A stretch of DNA of 63,223 nt, counting the filler, from Craspedostauros australis (taxonomy: Eukaryota), in the NCBI GenBank assembly GCA_030167865.1. It is 10 parts of 10 records of this genome, joined end to end, with 100 filler letters (N's around TTAATTAATTAA, not from the genome) between each part and the next. Parts side by side here need not be neighbours in the genome. Positions count along the whole stretch, not along the records: positions 57,579 to 61,598 come from JALAGF010001395.1; positions 61,699 to 63,223 come from JALAGF010001396.1; 8 more parts are not named here. One strand, 5' to 3'. The notes below the pieces were generated by a model. That model made no database searches. It saw nothing but the letters and a program-made list of their open reading frames with translations, and was not told the origin of the DNA. A program made the position numbers and the translations under genes. Shown piece after piece: positions 58,161-63,223 of this stretch. Numbering within the stretch: the stretch's first letter is position 1; each line of letters begins with the position of its first letter.

Positions 58161-59357
58161 TCAAGAACATGCATCTGATTTTGGCGTTGGGCAGCCAAAA
58201 TTTGGATAATGGATGGTATAGGTAGAGTTGGCGGATCCAGAACACATATTCGTGTTGACACAGTTTTGGCAGCTGTAGCCCGCATAGCAGGTATGTGATT
58301 CAATGACAAGGTCATGAATGGCATCGTCACTGTTCGCGACACCATTGCAGATATTGTCCCCCACGCACGCATAATACCCAATAAAAAGGCTTCCAAGATT
58401 CTTGGAATCACCTCTGTGGGCATTCTTGCATGCATTTTCTCCTCTACATGCGAAGTCTCTGATGATGATGTCAGCGATGACGGGCGGGGACTCGTCCTCT
58501 CCCTGGTAGGAACGACGTCCAAGATTCATGCAGCTGCGCAACCCAAGGCATGCCTGGGATTGAACTCGGATAGAACCGTAGATGTTCCTTCCAAGATTCT
58601 GGCAGCTGGAAGTATCAGTGCATGCATCTCGTCCAATAATCTTGCTACCGATGACAGCGTTACCATCCGGTCGACGTGGGCGGAACTGTCCAAAGTTTCT
58701 GCAGGAGTTCTCCCCAATGCAGCTCTCGAAGATCATGACGTTGGGAGCGACGTTGATGCAAGAGCCAATTCCTGCGCAGGAATTTGGGGTGATGGTGAAC
58801 GATCCACCGTTGGATGAGCAACCTTCGGGTGGACAGCATGAGTATCCTTTGGCACTGCATGCTGCGGTGAGTGCGTCGCCCCGTCCGGTCATGATTCCGC
58901 TGCCTTCGACAAAACTCAAGATGAGGGCAATGGCGTCGTCATCATTCTTCACACGGTCGAAGCGTGTCTGGGAGATGTCTTGCGTGTTTGCCCGGTTTTG
59001 TCCATTGCATGCAAAGATGCTCTTGACAAGCCTGCCCTTTTTGCCTGGGAGTATCTTGATGGCCCTCACAAAGTTGGCGCATGTACCATCGACCTCGTCG
59101 CAAAAAACTCTGGACGGACGCCTTCTTTTGTGGAAGGTGCTGTCGACATCCCCTGGCGTTTCGAGGCAACCGACGAGCATGGAAGGTAGAACAGGGGTCT
59201 CAGTCGGCTCCTCTGATGGCATCGACAACGGCGGTGCATCCTCATTCAACAATCTTTGCGGAGCGAACACCAAATCTTCAGCTGGATCCAAAGCCAGTGT
59301 CATTGCCATGTTGGCAAAGACGAGAGTGCCGATAATAGATGCCTTGATCTTGAACAT
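58161..59357 (-). CDS. Secreted Cys-rich repeat protein
   Basis: Signal peptide MFKIKASIIGTLVFANMAMTLA. Seven (S/A/T)C-x5-C-x-N-like repeats: SCAGIGSCIN, SCIGENSCRN, ACTDTSSCQN, ACLGLRSCMN, ACRGENACKN, ACVGDNICNG, TCYAGYSCQN. Confidence 0.8.
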   Translation of the reverse strand: MFKIKASIIGTLVFANMAMTLALDPAEDLVFAPQRLLNEDAPPLSMPSEEPTETPVLPSMLVGCLETPGDVDSTFHKRRRPSRVFCDEVDGTCANFVRAIKILPGKKGRLVKSIFACNGQNRANTQDISQTRFDRVKNDDDAIALILSFVEGSGIMTGRGDALTAACSAKGYSCCPPEGCSSNGGSFTITPNSCAGIGSCINVAPNVMIFESCIGENSCRNFGQFRPRRPDGNAVIGSKIIGRDACTDTSSCQNLGRNIYGSIRVQSQACLGLRSCMNLGRRSYQGEDESPPVIADIIIRDFACRGENACKNAHRGDSKNLGSLFIGYYACVGDNICNGVANSDDAIHDLVIESHTCYAGYSCQNCVNTNMCSGSANSTYTIHYPNFGCPTPKSDACS

Positions 59358-61201
59358 GGTTGCTATCGGTTGGTTGGTTTGTCAGTGTACGTCGTTGTCT
59401 GCATGGAACGAAACAGTGCGCACGCAGATGCAGATGGGTCGCAGACGTGTTGTACCATGCGAAGAATAGGTGGAAACGAATCACATCATTGGCCGGAGCC
59501 GGATCAGGCAGGAGTCAAGATGCAATCCATCCAGCGATTTGTTTGTTGAGAGAAGCGTCGTGGTTGTGGATGGGCGAACAAGTGGGCGATGTGGTGAGCG
59601 TGTGATGAGCGTGTGATGAGCGAGGATGTGAGAATGAGGGAGAACGAGAACGAAGTCTGATCTTGCTGGGAGTGGGGGTAAAGTGGAGTGGCATGGCATG
59701 CCTTTGCCACATTGTGACATTGGTGGACCGCCATGAGAACAGTTCGCAGGTAGAGCAGAGGACGATTCCGAGAGTGTGCAGATGACTGGCAAGCTGGACC
59801 TGGAAGCGTCTGTTCACGCCAGTCACAATGGCGCGTGGGCACCTGCTGCGTTATGCCATGGTGTTGTCATTGCCACGGCCATGATGCACACAAATGAACG
59901 TACCGTTTGCTTCGTTCTGTTTCGGTTTTCGATCAGTTGGTGGTGTGTTTCGAGATGGCCGTGGTTTTGTTTTGCTTGCACTTTGGTGTTGTACGACTAC
60001 TACTATAAAAGTTATCGCTGTTGTTGTTGTTGTGAGACAGTTGCTTTTATGAGATGTGAAAAGGGATCCAAGATGGTTCGAAGTGAGTATGGGTACTTTC
60101 ATGTGGAGAAGCATGGTACAGTGCACAGGAAGAGGATGATGGCTCTGCACAACACGTCCATGATAGGTGACATGCCTCACGTCCATGTTGGTTGCTGAGA
60201 GGTAGCAATCTTCGTTGGTCCTTGAGGGTTCCGCAAGGTGAACGTGTGTTCAATTACGTGTTGTGTGACTGCAAAGAACAAAAGTAGGAACAACCGCAAT
60301 AAATCTCACTGTTTTCTTTTCGATGAGAAACACGGAAAACTGCATGGGATCGTTGGGGTGACCTGACAGAACACGAGCTTGGCATTCCACTCCATACACA
60401 GTTTGGGCGCCAAGAGTGCACATAACGCGAAAGGAGGAGAAGGGACACGCATAAACATTTTGAGCACGATCAAAAAGACCTATCACATTAAATAATACAC
60501 AATGCAATAGACGTCTGACATTTCATTGGTCATCACATCTGTATTGATAAACTATTGCTATCATGTGAAATTGTCTGGAATGTCGTGGAGTATATCTGTT
60601 GCGGCTCATGGTATTCTAAAGGGAGCAATTGACGACCACATCCACAATTATGCATGATCGAAACATAATATCATGATACAACTGTACGTATAATTGGTAT
60701 CGGTTGAAACGAATCCGGACTTCTGCCGAGTGTCCCAAAGACTCATGCGTGTCGCACCCCAAGTTCTGTGCGCCCCTCTATTCCGAATTGAGCAAATCCA
60801 CTAACCAGGTCGTTTTGGATGCCAAAGTTCACTAACCAGGTCGTTTTGGTGCCTGACCAATCACAATGGCCGGACTGTTGACAGGCGCGTCCTTGCGACA
60901 ACGACGAAAATATTAATTTAGCCGCGAAATACACATGTCAACCGTTTCCCAGTAGAGTCGAGTAGAGTAGAGTAGACGAGACAAGTCGATGATGATGTTG
61001 ATGAATCCTGTTCTGTGGAATGCGAGTAGAGGGTTAAACCAATTATATTGCATACTGACATCAGCCATTGGCATGTACCTACTTTGGGATGGTCCAGACC
61101 CAACTGCGAGGAGTTTCAGATTACATGTAGTCCATTCCTGCGATACCGTTCGGTCACTGTGTGTACTGTGCATACGAAAGGTCAAGCATATTTGATGATA
61201 C

Positions 61202-61510
61202 CAACTGCACCACTCCAAGCACACTCCCAAGAGTACGGCCATGGAGCCTGCAGTGTTAGAGCCATCTGGAAGTTATCGAAATCTATGGATGCTGATACCA
61301 CGCAGTACTGCGTCGGACAAGACTGCACAGTATGCATCGCCTTGTGCAGTATTATGCATATCGATGTATTGCACAGGCCATTTTCAGAGATCCAATCAAC
61401 TGGACAACTCCAAGCTCACTCCAAAGAGTACGGTCATCGAGTTTGAAGTCCTAGATCCGTTTAGAAGGGATCCAATTCTACGGATGCTGATACCAAGCAT
61501 TACGGAATGG
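61202..61510. repeat. Degenerate tandem duplication with ~195-bp period
   Basis: caactgcaccactccaagcacactcccaagagtacgg...ggatgctgatacca at 61202 recurs as caactggacaactccaagctcactccaaagagtacgg...ggatgctgatacca at 61397. Confidence 0.75.
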
Positions 61511-61698
61511 TACGCATCGCGCTGTACAGCGTTCTGAGCATGTGTGCAGACAAAATGTCAATCATATTCCAATCCAACGCTTCGATGACTCCGAGCCTNN
61601 NNNNNNNNNNNNNNNNNNNNNNNNNNNNNNNNNNNNNNNNNNTTAATTAATTAANNNNNNNNNNNNNNNNNNNNNNNNNNNNNNNNNNNNNNNNNNNN

Positions 61699-63223
61699 AA
61701 GTTAAACTTGGCGTCACATGATTGCCAGGTGGTGGCCAGACCGAATCTCTGATGTTCTCTAGTGTGTCCCTTATGCCAATAAGCATGTGTCTGGAGGAAA
61801 AGACGTTTCAGCACATACCAGGACGGACTAATCAGAAAATGTATCAGGTGAATAAAGCATTGTGCTAATAAGCTGAAAGCAAAGATCATGAAGAACGTGG
61901 AAGCGGAAGTGGGGACAAGAAAAGTACAGGCAGTAGCCCACAAAGAAAGCACAGACGATGCCNCCAAGGATGCGGATGAACACATGGGGCCAAGGTAGTT
62001 GATGTAAGCGCACCGAACGGAAATGAAGGCTCTCATGATTGACTGGCCATCCTACAAGCGAATACGGCAAGATTTGCAACTGCCGTTCAAGTTTATCCTT
62101 GCAGCAGTCATTGTGAATCCCTCCATCTCTATTAAACTCTGACCCCACCTCACCAGGAGAACAAAGCTCAAGCACCAGCTGTGGTGTCCATTGTGCAAGG
62201 AGTTCGCCACAGTGATAGACAGCCGAAAGAAGATGCAGTACAACCGACACAAGAGTTGAGGAAAACACATCACAACCGAGCTCATTCGCATATGTGTGGT
62301 GGTCAGATTGCTGATGCGAGTCTGTGCGTCGGGCTTTATGCCCAACCTGCATCATTGGAGAATGGAACACGTCGAATGNGCCATGACGAGGGCAATGGCA
62401 ACAGTGAAATGGTATGCCATGAGCACAGTCGCGGTTCATTGCTGATGGCCTCTGCACCATCAGAATTGATTCTTTTGGCTCATGATTGTCATCAGTCAAT
62501 CCGTTCAAATACTTGGCAGAAACTTGGCGACGGTCACATGCAACGAGCAACGATCATACCACGAGAGCGCATTGGCTGCCCAGGGTATCCGTGTTGGCAG
62601 CATTGAACAACTAGAATAGGTGAGATGTGTTGTGATGCAGGCTACGAGCATGAGGAGGAGGCACCAATGCATGGGACTAGCAATGNGCCGCATCTATATG
62701 TCTGCATGGAATGTGCCCAGGTTGCGAGAGCTTGGCTGTTGGCGACTGGGCAAAGATTCTGCCTCTACACACGCGCCGATGGCAGTGTTTTAGTGCATCC
62801 AGCGATCAGCATTTGGTACAGTCATGGAAGGTGTCCTGTCAGGCTCTGCATGCACCAGAATACGCAGCAGCGACGTACACAAGTCAGTTGCCACGTAGTT
62901 GGAGCTTGGGCCTTGGCCATATTATGCCTTCCTACTCCGGCCATGCGCACAGATCCCAGATGGCATATGCCAAGATTGTGGCCAATGCAGGCTTCGTGTT
63001 GGGGTACGCCTGACGATGGGAAGAATAGAAGAGAAGATATTGGAAGAGGGAAGATGACTAATCACATACCCTGTCATGTGGGGTCAATTGTTGTTGGAGT
63101 ACGCTGGTCCCAAGATCGGTTGCCTCGTGCAGACGCCGCTTCTTCGGGCCAGTTGTTCACATGGGCAAGGCGACACCAGAAGAGGGTCGATGGGAGGATT
63201 GCGAAAAGCATGCAGAAGATGGG
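61699..63223 (+). mobile_element. Possible degenerate DNA-transposon (hAT-like) relic
   Basis: Stop-riddled frames with CPLC(Q/K) zinc-finger-like motifs (WCPLCKE...NRH...H) and TRAHWL; several ambiguous bases. Family assignment is weak. Confidence 0.25.

Overview
Eukaryotic nuclear DNA, almost certainly from a diatom (probably pennate). The basis is signal peptide + 'A-F' plastid-targeting presequences, short GT-AG introns, a PtCA1-like beta-carbonic anhydrase and Ty1/copia elements. It is a draft scaffold with many N-gaps carrying an artificial TTAATTAATTAA spacer. Positions 1-34.2 kb are gene-dense: aldo-keto reductase, TraB-like protein, UPF0489, Yos1, CCD-like protein, QTRT2, LTA4H, PPTase, COG3, a Nudix-methyltransferase fusion, a Pls-like NRPS, beta-CA, Cdc6 and PDX2. 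Positions 34.5-63 kb are repeat-rich: three copia fragments, a ~182-bp satellite with a 3-mer higher-order structure, relics, a DUSP, a truncated STAND ATPase and a secreted Cys-repeat protein. Highlights: (1) a membrane-bound epsilon-poly-L-lysine-synthetase (Pls)-type NRPS C-terminus with an EntD/Sfp-type PPTase ~8 kb away, a candidate amino-acid-homopolymer system in a silicifying alga; (2) a plastid beta-CA lacking two of three Zn ligands; (3) a plastid CCD lacking three of four Fe-binding His; (4) an MTH1-methyltransferase-TM fusion; (5) the nucleosome-length satellite. All family calls come from recognising motifs by eye; no database search was run.
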